This document shows, piece after piece, positions 25,002 to 36,900 of a DNA stretch of 64,000 nucleotides (position 1 is the stretch's first letter; every line of letters begins with the position of its first letter). The notes under the pieces are model-generated. The model had not been told where the DNA came from. It saw only the letters and a program-made list of their open reading frames with translations, and ran no database searches. The DNA comes from Marsupella aquatica (taxonomy: Eukaryota; Plantae; Marchantiophyta): assembly GCA_973895155.1 (NCBI GenBank), contig OZ316892.1:25009233-25073232 (forward strand). The letters run 5' to 3'. Made by a program: the position numbers and the translations under genes.

Positions 25002-25447
25002 CTCACCATTCAGATTCTTCACTCAATTCCTTTTTGGTGTACCTACCTTTCACATCAGACAAGCACAACAGATTGCAATATGAATAACTCATACTGTATA
25101 TTGTTGAAGCTTCTACTAGAATTGGTATTCTTAGTGGAAGCATCAACACTATATACTATCAGTTTTCCATGAGATATGGATGCCTAAGGAGCACATTAGG
25201 GTTCAAATAAGCTTGACGAAGACCCAAATAAGGTGCGCATTTGAATGAACTTTTCTTTTCTTACTAAGGGGTGTTTAATTCACAACAAAACTTTACTTAA
25301 CTATTTTTAGGGGTCAAAATGTTAGGATTTGGAATTCTTATAAGTATGATAGGGAAGGGGAAAAAAAAATTACTTAATAAGTTAGGGGTGCAAGGGTCCA
25401 AAACGTCGAGCGTGATATGGGGGTCTCTGTATACTGAGGCCCCCGTG

Positions 25448-25610
25448 ATTTATACTTGTAGTTCTAGACCCATTGTCGATCGTGGGAAAATGAATTATTT
25501 TCCAACAAATCATCGTAGGGACCCGGGAAGCTTCACATGAGCCTCATGATGGGGCCATATATTTTTTGGCCATTGGACCTATGGATCTAAAGTTATGGTC
25601 AATTCAAACT
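25448..25610. repeat. Continuation of the ~160-bp tandem array to the right of the transposon
   Basis: atttatacttgtagttct...tcgtgggaaaatgaattattttccaacaaatcatcgtagg...cacatgagcc matches the units at 15802, 15961 and 16145. Confidence 0.8.
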
Positions 25611-28600
25611 CAACAAGAGTCAACCTGCCTCAAGGGACGCGTGTGGACCGAGGAGGTTGTCTGGACCAGAGTGGGTTATTAGGCATTAAGTTCTAGGAAT
25701 TAACCTTCTAGATGAGGCCAAATTGCAAAGGTTTTTTACTGTTGTCATTTTGATTAGGTCTTGGGAGGTTAACTAAGTGTATATTTTTTGGTATCACGTA
25801 CAATTCTAACCTAATACAAATAGACCTATTTCATAAAAAAATATATTCCAAGAATTTTTCATTTTTAATACTAAGAACTTGTTTTATAAAAGATATATAT
25901 TAGAGAATATTCTATAAATATGAGCTTATAATATCTCTTTTTGCCTCCTACGCTTTTTTAAGTTAGATTTTGGATCGCACGTGGTTCCTATGATTTTTGA
26001 TAGTCTACCCCCCAAGAGCTAAGTGGCAGGGCCCATGGACCTTTGAAGGGGGCGCCGGGGGGGGGGGGCAAAGATAAGGAACCAAAGCTGGTTTGGGGAT
26101 CATGACATGTCTCCAAAATCATATATGATGGGGGTAATTCTCTTGAGTTTGAGCTTGAGCTGATCATAATCAACAAAGATACATTGTTTCTAGTTTTAAA
26201 GTTGAAACATGCATAACTCAACAACCAAATCTCCGTTGAAGGAGTACTTGGGCTCATTGGAAATATAATAAAGAAAAGTAACTCATGATGCTCTTGAATT
26301 GTGAATTGGATAGTTTGGTTTTGAGGCTTACAATGAAGGCAATTCCTCTTGTTGTATTTGGTTTGCATGGGAAAGTAGAACCAAACAGACTATGGGGGCT
26401 GCCATTGAGATGTAAGCCCAGATGAATGCATAGTGAGAGCTTGAGCAGAACATGGTTTTGTTGAGATTGAGGTGGCCAAGGGTTAGGAATTGAGTGGTCT
26501 TGACGTGTTACTACAAGCTTGTGACAAACTGAACTTTGGGGCATGGGCATGTCGTGGAGGCAGGGCGATCAACTGCTGACAAGTACAAAGTGAGGAAATG
26601 TGGGTGGCACCCGAAAGAGAGTCTATTCTGGATGAACAATTGATGCTAATCTTAGCTTTTGCTTATAGCAAGCCCGTGTGGGCCTGATAGACTCTATTTG
26701 CTAACGTACTTACTAGTGATTGGTGAGCATGATGCAATGCTCTTGGAAGTTTTAAGATCACTTATTGGTTGGTGGGTTGCTTGTGTAGATAGTAGGGACC
26801 GTTGAACGACCATCATGGTCAAGAGGGCGAGTGAAACTTTACATGAGAGTGGTCGCAAATGACAAAGAGTATAGTCAAAGAATGTTTGCCACAATGTTCT
26901 GTTTTAGTGGAAGGTTTGATTTGTTTCAAGGTTTAGAGCCAAATTTGGACGTGCACGTGGTGAGAGATCCACCACTACTTTCAACAAAATTAATGTTAGT
27001 AACCCTAATTCTTACAAAGTAGCACTAATTATGGTGAACAACATAGTTCACCTGGTGGGAAGTGCTCCAATGCCCAACCTACTCAGGGTGTTCACTAAAC
27101 TTATTATAAGCATTGTACTCAATTGGGGTATAACACCCATGCCTGAACTACTTGGAGCATCCTTCACAAACGTGAAGCATTCATTGATTTAAAACATTTG
27201 ACCATTTTTGTGCTCATAAAAAATGGAGGAATTGATCTAAAAAAATTCAAACTTTGTGAGGTAATCGATAGAATATAGTCATTAGCAAAAGTGAAGAGTC
27301 CATCCAGAAAAGGTTACTATTTTTTTGTGTACATTGACTGATGACTGTATCCTGTCCACGGGCATGGGTAGAACAAACCCTTGGTTAATCCAGACTAATA
27401 TTCCTTATTTTTAAGATCTTATGATGGGAGACATGTTTGAGAAGATCACACCACTTGCGAAGCTCTTTGGATAAGGATAAGGAGTTCTCACCATAAGGCA
27501 TGTTTCATTTTCTGTCTTGTACTTTTCCATTAATGATTTTCATTGTAGACCTATCTCGAGACCTATTCGCAAAGGTCATGATTGGCTTAGTGCAAATATC
27601 TACAAAATTTTTCAAAAAAGAACCTATCCGCCCAACTTGCTGAACCAAGTATGACTGGTGACTATTTTTTGACAAAAAGTGACACAACATGATAAAAGCT
27701 CAGCACAAATGGAAAGATATGCATGAAAACTTCAACAAACGGATAAGAAGTATGAGGTTACGTATAGCCCTAGTTTCCTTGGAGGTCAAATATTAATTCT
27801 TCAGTAGTCATACTATTGTGACTTCAGGAAGTTATTGGGTGAGTGGGAAAGGGACCTTAAATGTCAATCGTCACTTGCCCATGGTGCTAGCATTGGGGCT
27901 AACATTGTGGAATTTAATATTGGTTATCACAATAGGATTAGCCCAATAAGCATGTGACGCATGATTATTATGGGGGCATGTGGAGCCAAGGAAATGTTGG
28001 AGCAAGACCTAGGCAGCAGTGTTGCGATAGTCAGGCCATAGCACCATGCAGTGCTGCTAAACATTCCTCAGGATGGCGAGCAAGGGAGGGATGCAAGGTT
28101 GCAGCGTGGGCAAAGTGAGGCAGTGTTACTTTCTCCCACCCATTTTGCTCCTCTCCCTCCCCACACGGGCATTGGGCAGGGAGGCAGATCTTCATGCGGA
28201 GACCAAGGCACGGCCTGAGCAGGCTGTGTACGCTGGGCCAGACAAGCCAGCGTGCAGGATGGCAAGCGCAATGTGCAACGACAGGGTGAGAGGAGTCAAG
28301 TGGGTAGGCTTTAGGAGGGGTCTGCTGGTGATCCAATGGGGCAGGAGAAAACAGGCACATCACCTAACGGCTTCCTGCCCACAATTCCATTTGTAAACAG
28401 AATATGGAGGAGTTCTCTCAAAATTGCATATTATAGTGATTGATGTATACTGATGTATAATTATGTTGATGTCTCTTTGAATAGTTTTTAATTTTTTTTT
28501 AAAAATAAAGGGGAAATCTGTGAAACCCCATAGGGATCAGTGAGTCACAACTTTTGAACCCAAGATCTATGAATCACTACTCAAGTGAGCTATCACATAG

Positions 28601-28849
28601 CCATAGCCCTCTAGGCAACTCTCTTTGAATAGTTTTACGTAACACTTCTTTTTATAGTGAGATCAAATATTTGCCATACTGTAAGGTGGGATACTTTCTA
28701 CATGATTGGCTAGTGGCCCTCATGGCAACTAAAAGGGGTATAAAATGACTACTACTGAGAGGGGTATTATAAAATTCAAAGAAAAATATAAAAGACTACA
28801 TCCCTATCCTGCACATTTCAAATTTAATACATGTCACTTGAGAAACTAG

Positions 28850-30700
28850 TAAATGATTATCTATGATACATAAGTACACTGCCATCACTAAAGGGCTCCC
28901 ATGGACTGAATGGACCATGCAACCACACCTGACGGTGATACCTTTTGGACTTTCCCTCATTGAAACCTTTTCTTTCCCAAACTTTCCAACAACAAAGTTT
29001 GACCTTGAATACCTCGTTCAATATGCAACTGAATTGGCCCTTCTTAGGCTCATTGGAAGCATCTTGAAGAGATCTTTAGAGCCAGACTAATACCTCTAGT
29101 TTTCTTAAAGAATTGAGAGATTTTTGTAGCAGCTAACTTTGACATTCACTATCGCCCTCAACACCCAATGGAATGTGATTTTCTTTGGGTTCAATCAAAA
29201 TGACTTCAGAGTATCTTTCCAGTGACCTAATCTTGTCCAATTTCATTGAGAATTGAGAAACCAACAAATTCCCAAAGATGTCCCTTGGGGTGTCTTGCCA
29301 CATTTCACCCATGGCTATAATATTTACTGTGTGTATTTTCACTGAAGTCCATCCGGGTTTCAGAGTCTATGGTATCACCTGTCGTAGCATTTTGGCAAAC
29401 TTGGAGGTCCGTGTGGCTAAAGGAAAACACCATCAGGGGTCTTTGCATTTGCTTTTCAATTTATGAGTAGAAATACCTTTTCCCGGTAAGGAAATAATGT
29501 CAAGAATATCCGTGCAGCAAGTTCATCGATTCATTCACCCATTTTCAAGAATATTCTCGTTGCATTGGATCCTGGCCGATCCCATTTCAGATGGAAGCCT
29601 GGCACAGATTTGTTAAAAAGCTCTCACGCTGGTAAAGGACTCCACTATTGATACTATTGATGGCATAGGACAGTCCTGGCTCATTGCAGACTTGCTGGCA
29701 CTAACTTGTCAAGGGCATCACTGTACAGTCCCATGACAAATCGCTCTGGCTTTGACCGCTTGGGTGGTCTCCAGTGTCACTTTACCTGACCTCTCTGACT
29801 ATGGAGTGGACGTCTCTGACTATGGAGTGGAGAGTAGGGACTTTGGGGCCTGGGATGGGGTGAAGAATATCAAAAAGTCACTTGCGACCCAAACTTCAAA
29901 GTGCACACACTTGGCAGGGACAAAGGGGGTTTGATTAAAGCATCTCAACTACCGTAGTGCTCCTTCATAATGTTGGGCGATTACTAGAGGCCCAATTTAC
30001 TGTTCTATGCTCATCTAGAGTAAAGCCTCTAGACACTGACTATGTAAAGTAGCTTAAATTGAGGGTGTGAGTAGAAAATGGGGGATTGGAGGCAGTTTGT
30101 GTATCTGAACTGGTACAATGGGCTATGATGTCTTCTCCACTATTTATGTTTAAAGATAGGGCACTCAGGCTAGTATTCGGGTTGATCCTCATCCCATCTC
30201 CCTTAAAGTTCATACCGGGAGCATTATTGTATGCATCTAAAAGGGTGCCATTACAAGACCTTGGGGGGAAATTACACTTTTTTTGGGTCCATAAGATCTG
30301 ATTGGGGTCATACATTTGGAAGAAACTTTTGTTCACTTTACAAAAAGTTGAGGGCACTTTCAACCTAACTTGTTATCAATCCTAGATGGAATGTAATGGA
30401 GCCCAAGTTTTGTGCATGTGGGACACTATATTTAGTGTATGCAATGGCCCTCCACGTTGTGACCCTCCAGGTTGGAGACTCTGGGGAAACAACTTCCCAA
30501 GTGCCCCCAAAGTCTTGTAAAGTACTCCTAAGTACAATTTATTGGTGCTAATCATTTGATAGATGTAAATTTATGGCTGCTGCCTTGGGACTCATCCAGT
30601 CAGCGCTTTAGGTACACAACAACAATGGTTGGCCTGGGGAAATAATCATACACGTAGTGCCTTGAGAGGAACTGCATAGGAGTAGCAACCCCAAGGTTAA
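28850..30700 (-). mobile_element. Decayed LINE (L1-like) reverse transcriptase/zf-RVT remnant
   Basis: Minus-strand fragments 'KLFP...TWRAIAY.LN' (~30420-30500; compare LIPK...WRPISLLN) and 'LEVLVWL.RSLQDA' (~29050-29100; compare K.K.FLWR..HDALP). Many stops and frameshifts. Confidence 0.45.
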
Positions 30701-31911
30701 TTGATGATTAGAGTTTGTTGCAGCTGACGCTATTTTGGAGGCCCCCTTAAACGCTCAGAAAGGTAACTGCTAAAATTAGCTGGAGTAAGACTGTAAAGGC
30801 ATCAGCTCTATTAGTGAATAAAGGATGCATTGTCGACGTGGTGATGTATAAGTCATAAGTAGTGGATAGGATAATGGATGTTGGACGTGGCCTCCTTAGA
30901 AGTCCAGAAAATTCGGAACGCAACAACTTAAATACAAACAAACAACTTTTCCGGAGTCCTTGCTAATTAATGTAAAAGTTACCGAGATTAAGTAAACAAC
31001 TACCAAACTTGGGAGTTGTGACGACTGCTCTTGTATTATTATCGTGTTGGGTGATTATTTCTTAACAAAGTTCGTACTTAGAAGAATGATCTCTTTGCCT
31101 TTGGCCATGTGGTGATTAGTTTCGCGCAAGCAGTGTCATCAAGCCAAACTACCCTACGTTGTGGACCCAAGCTAATTTAGGCCACTAAGTCATGACTTTT
31201 AAGTACGCCTTAAACACAGAAGATGGGAATGATTACAAAAGACTGTGTTTCGTTGAATAATAAAACACAATGATGAGACAGCCAAGCGCCACTTAATTAG
31301 ATGGGAAAGATAACGCGATTTCATTAAATAATGAGTTGATTGACCTAGGATTCCTATCAGACCCTAAGATAGTAAGATATGCTAGTTTACACTCATCGCT
31401 CAGTGACTTCTGAATATGGACTGACATGAGTGCACGTTTTTTTTGCAGGATAAGGAATGGGGGACGGTACAATGGTCTTCCTTTGACCCAAAGTTTTTTT
31501 AAAGGAACTTTGGGCCCAAAGTTGATTGCAGTGTGACAGGTATTGGAAAGAAACCTTTCAAGAAAGCCCATTATCTTTTCAGTAAAAACTATGAATATAT
31601 TCATTCATTGATGGATTATTAAAATACAATTTATTCACTATTCCTCACTTCTGTGACAGGGGCACTCTAATCATAGTGCCATGATCATAGTCCACTAAAA
31701 GACAAAAATTGAAACATGTATTAGATGAGCATCCCGTATATCCAGTGATGATCATTGGCTTATACCTATGGTTTGGGTGGTCAGAGCTAGTGATGAGAAG
31801 CAAATCCTCTAGTTTAAGTAAGATTTCCTGACAGCAACTTAGTGTAGAGCGTTAAAGAAACCACACTGACCTATTCGTCTGGCCTACAGTAGGTTCTGTT
31901 TTTTGTTGGGG

Positions 31912-31930
31912 GAGAGAGAGAGAGAGAGAG
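31912..31930. repeat. (GA)n microsatellite
   Basis: Read directly from the sequence. Confidence 0.85.
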
Positions 31931-32784
31931 CCAGTGGGGGAAGTTCACTATTGATGGGTAGGGCCTAGTTGTGAACTCCCCTTTTTATTCATGGAGCTTT
32001 ACCCATTCTGTTTGGTGCTTACTACGGATTTTGTTCTTTTGCCATTGGTGGGGACTCTGACCCTTTCTGGCAGTTTTGCTTTCTTAGGGTTTCTTTCTGG
32101 GTTGTCACTTTTAGTGGATCTCCTGCCTTTAGGATCTTGTCTCCAGGTTTGGCCCTCTTTATCCTATGGCAGTGTGATTTATTCCCACTTGTGAGTTGCA
32201 GCTTTGTGTGTGTTTTTGACAAATAGAGATTACTTTGACATGAAAAGAACGTTAAAGTAATGATAGGACTGACGAATGTAATCTGGCCCATGAACCAACG
32301 TATGGAATGTATGAAATCTGGAAGAAGGCACTCGAGTTTCAGTAAGGTGGTCAAGTTGGGTGAGTCATGGGTTACTTTGACTCAAGTTGGGGGAGAGTTG
32401 AGTAGAATTAGAGACCCCTTCACATCGGTGTGAGTGACATAGAGTGAACTGTGACCACAGTGACAATGAACCACACAGCACAAGTACTTTGGGTTTGCCA
32501 ACCAATAAATCCCCAACTGTGATGGTTCCCAAAATTTGAGTTTAATTGTAACTATAGGCTCATAAATTCACATATTTTTTAGTTTTCACAACGTGCTAGA
32601 GGAGTAGATAAGCTATACTTTCATCAAAGTGACAATGAATTTTTGACCATTTTGGTTGAATTATTCATCATGAATGTGGAGGGGTAAATTCTATCAGATT
32701 AATTTTCATTGTGTTATTATGAAATATAGGGGCTTTTGTTATTTTAGGTCTCCTCCTTCTCTACTTGCCTTGCAAGTTAGAAAT

Positions 32785-33958
32785 TAATCCATGGACCCCC
32801 ATGTTATTTTAGAAGCAGTTATCTAGAAACTGAAGCCTAGATGGACCCTCCAAATCTAAAGAAAAAAAATTCAAAAATGGACAAGTCAATGTTTGACACT
32901 TGAAACAGTTGCCAAACTTATTAAGGCAACCATAATTAACATCAATCGCAAAACCAGTTGCAATGTGAACTATTGTTTAATGTGTGGGTAACTTAATAGT
33001 CCACTTCAGCAAAACGGTGCTTGACTATTTCCTCCATGGTACCGAAGGGATGCTGGATGCACTCAAGTTGCATAGAAAGTAATCACTTTTCAATTCCTAC
33101 ATGCACATAGACGAAGAGAGAGAAGTCATCAGTGTCATCAAATCACTAACTTTGCATAATAGTTTAAGACAAAAAGTTTCATGGAAACAAATCTCCAATT
33201 GTGTTATTTGGAATCAGTCAAAAGTTAGAGAAATTTAGAAATTCATGACCACTTTATTGATAAAATCTCCCAATGTTACACTCATTGTAAAGCTAGACAA
33301 CATTGGAAACTTATAATCTCCTCAGAACTCAACTAAATCTATCAATGTTAAGTTCATTAAAAAGCTAAGAAATTCTAAGATTCATAATCTCCTTAGTACT
33401 AGATAAAATTTGTCAATTTTAAATTCATTCTCATGGAAGGGGTCAACATTTGAGGGGTTGTACAACAAAAGATTTCTATTCACGTTAGAGATTATGAAAT
33501 CATGGGTAAAGTCTAATTTTCAAATTATTTACTCAATTCTTTCCGAATGGTGACAATGCTAAGCTCATCAGGACCGTCTCTTCAAGATCTTTCCAATGCC
33601 ATATTATACATGAGTTTTCGTTGTGATTTGACTCAGCAATGTCAAATCAAAAATTCATACTGGGAAAATTTTATGTTTTGAATAAAATTAAAATATAAAT
33701 AAAACCGTTACTGGGAACAGTTTTACCTCAATCTTTTTGTCTTTTGATTTACATGTCAATTTTTTTTTCATTTTTTAACATTTTTTTTACAATTTTTTAA
33801 ACAATTTTTTACGACATGGCATCTCAGTTTTTACAACAAACTTGTCACAAACACGAATGCAAAAGTTAATTTTATCCAAAAATAAATCTCTTCCTGTTTG
33901 CAGCATGTCATGATGATGTGGCATGCTGTGGAGCTAGGAATTTTACAAAGGACCCCTA
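32785..33958 (+). repeat. AT-rich dispersed repeat, copy 1 (probable non-autonomous TE)
   Basis: Collinear with the reverse complement of 50393-51205, for example ggacccccatgttattttaga...tctagaaactgaagcct and actggga.cagttttacctcaatc.tttt gtcttttgattt. Confidence 0.85.
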
Positions 33959-36900
33959 ATGGAGATATGAAACTAAAAATAGTCTTAAAACAAAAATTGT
34001 GCTCTTTGGACAATTTTTTTTTAGATCACTTTTTCTTTCCTTTCATAGTACTTTGTTTTTATCTTGGTATATAAACTTTGGTGTAACTTTAGTCTTCAAA
34101 GTAGATACCAAAAGAGGAAAAAAATCATCATGAAGTTGTAAAAACTAAAAATTCACATGGACCCCACCAAAATGTGATCGACTGGAGTACTATGTCAAAC
34201 ATGTAGGTCCATCCAGGCTTCATTTGACTTTCACACGCGTGAAATTCTCCACCCTTAAATTAAAACGAAAAAAACCTTAACTTATGCTGATCCTTCCTTA
34301 AACACCCCTCAAGACTTGACCGTCTGGAACTGGGAAACATACGGAGAGACGAGGATTGTACCATTGACGGTAGACCCCACGGTGGCACGGTTTGTATGGT
34401 TCTGTGGTAGTTTGATTCCTTGGTGCGTGCCTGCTTTGTAGGAACGGGTTGTGTGGGACGCCCCTAGGGCCTGGGGCGTGCCGGGAAGTACTCCGAAATC
34501 CGAATCTCCGACGGTCGTGTTCGTCGACGGCTGGCGCGCAACGCGGGTTGGCTGACGGAGAAATAATGGAGAAGGAACGGCGGCGCTGTTATTTCTAAAT
34601 GCCTGTTAAAGGGGAAAAATGAGTGGGAAGCGGCGGGTCTAAACTTGGTTGTATAATGGCCATTGCTTTCAAAACAATTGGTGATGGTCTGGGGTGTTTC
34701 TAGATTGCTATCTCAAAGTAAACCCCTTTTATCATCCCAATCGCCCAAAATGGTTAAACTCACTAATCTGCCCCAAAATTGATTTAATCATTAGACTGCT
34801 CCACATTTTTCTCCGGGTTGACTTAATCTAGCTGGCATGCAAATCGTTATGGACACATGGAGTCTAAAACTCAGTTACGTGTTCTGTCAAACAGAAACCA
34901 CCCTCCCCTTTACCTGATTCCATGTGCTTTCACACTTCCTTGGGGTCCCATGTAGATTAAATAAGTTGATGGAGTGTCCTATGATTTTTATTTCTCCTTC
35001 ATAAAAATCAGACCCCTCTATAAGACTAACTGTACCCTCATATTAAAAGGAGAATAAGCAAACTTCCCCCACCCCACCCTGGAGCCAACTGAAGCCCAGG
35101 AATCATATTGCAACTTAACCAACCACTTGGTAAATGGCCACTCCTGGCTATTTCGAATTTGTTAGGATCATCATCCTTTTCATTGCGTCACAAGAGGTCC
35201 CAGACCAAAAGGCCCACCACCAAATTGAGCCTACTGGACTACTAATTATAGTGATGTTACGCACACTGATGATGTGTGTCCATGTGCCAAATCCATGGGT
35301 ACCCTAACTTTTGGGTGTAGTTTATAATCCAATAGCCAACTAAAGTAACTCAACATTGTTTTTCATAGTACTGGACAGGTTCATGCTTGGATGGACCACA
35401 AGGCTTGGTGTAGGCTTGGTACTACGGTAGTCTCACTCTTATCCAAATCTGACAAAGTTGTATGAGACAATAAAAAATTATCCATTTAATCTCTCACTCT
35501 TATCCAATTTAACTTCTTGCAAACTATGTTTTTTCTGTGGTAGATTTCCATCCCACAATTGTTTCTTGTGGATGGGTGCACAAACTCCTCGAATGTTCTA
35601 CATCGTGATGACTTCATCTTTTGCTCGGCCTCAGGATACAGTACATATGAGACTGCCAAAAAAACAAAAGGGGTCCAATCAGGTGACATGATCCCTTAGG
35701 TGAAAGACCCAACAAAAGAAGGGGGGGGACGCGCAAATGAAACCCAGAAAACCCCAGGACCAAGGATACAATAGGATTCTGAGAAAAGGTAAAGGAAGAC
35801 TACATGGAGGATGTCCTGGTCTCCAATGTGGCATAGGGTAGACTCAGTCATTTAATCTAGCCACCACTATGTTTGACAGTCTCTTTGGAGCTTGTGTAAA
35901 ATGGAGGCTTATCCCCACTGTTGGTCCTAATTTTGTTCTTTCAAAAGGAGATGTCAACTGCACGACAAAGGGTTCAAAGAGTTCACCATGTGGTGAATTA
36001 ACTATTATTTGTAGGGCAACGGCAATTGTCGTTATTAGGGTGTGTCAAAGCATAGCTGTAACTGAGTTACAGCTCAGGACATAGAACATTCTTACTGCCA
36101 GGACAAATTTGGTATGGGCTACCAAAATACATACCCCATAAGGGTGGTAAGTCCAGAAAATAAAAACAGTAACACTTTGGTTACGGGAGGACTTTGACAT
36201 GCCCTATTGAGCCTCTAGTGAGATTCCTCTTTGTGACCTCCTAGGCAATTTACAGGGCAATTTATTCCTGCAGAGATTTACCAGGTTTTTCAGTGTGGTG
36301 CTGAGTACTTTGGTTCTGGCTGTTGTTTGGGATTTCCAGTCTTTTTCTCTTGTTTTCTCCCCTTTATTGGGTCTCTTGGCTTTGGGATGATGTCTCCCAG
36401 TTTGGCACTCTTTTGGCAGTCTGATATGTATTAGCAAGTACTCAGCAAAGAAGAAGTCTGTAAACAAGTCACCACAAGTGAAGAACATAGGGGATGGAAC
36501 TCTTCAGCCAGAAGAGACTAAAAATTCTGACAAATGCCCTAAACAATAAGTATGGCAACCCAGTGCCTGTAGTGCACTCTTTCAAAAACACTGAACTTTA
36601 AACCATGTGTGAATCAAATCTAAATAAACAATGCGTGAACACAATGGACCCACATATATATATAGTTAAGGATGTGTTATTTCAACAAATTTGAACATTT
36701 GAACATTCACTATTCTCTAGAGGACCGAGCCTATTGGTTTTAGGGACTCAAGAAAATCCTCGTCATAATGCTCCCAGGCAGATTGCCCCAAGCTTTATCA
36801 GGCTTTTCAGTTTACTCTTCAATATTGTTTGAGTTCCGGGAGTTGTAGTGGAGGGCCAAGGCTTTTTTGGTGTACCGGTGGGTTTCCCTTTGGTGACTCC

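Larger units (their letters stand above)
16284..25447 (+). mobile_element. Full-length 9,164-bp P-element-superfamily (THAP9-like DDE/D) DNA transposon carrying a PHD-finger gene
   Basis: Exact 8-bp TSD ATTTATAC at 16276-16283 and 25448-25455. The 13-bp TIRs match 11/13 (left CCCGGGGTCCTCA 16284-16296; right 25435-25447, reverse complement CACGGGGGCCTCA). An internal 11-bp IR matches 10/11 at the same offset on both ends. The transposase has P-type motifs, and the flanking tandem array rejoins when the element is removed. Confidence 0.9.
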
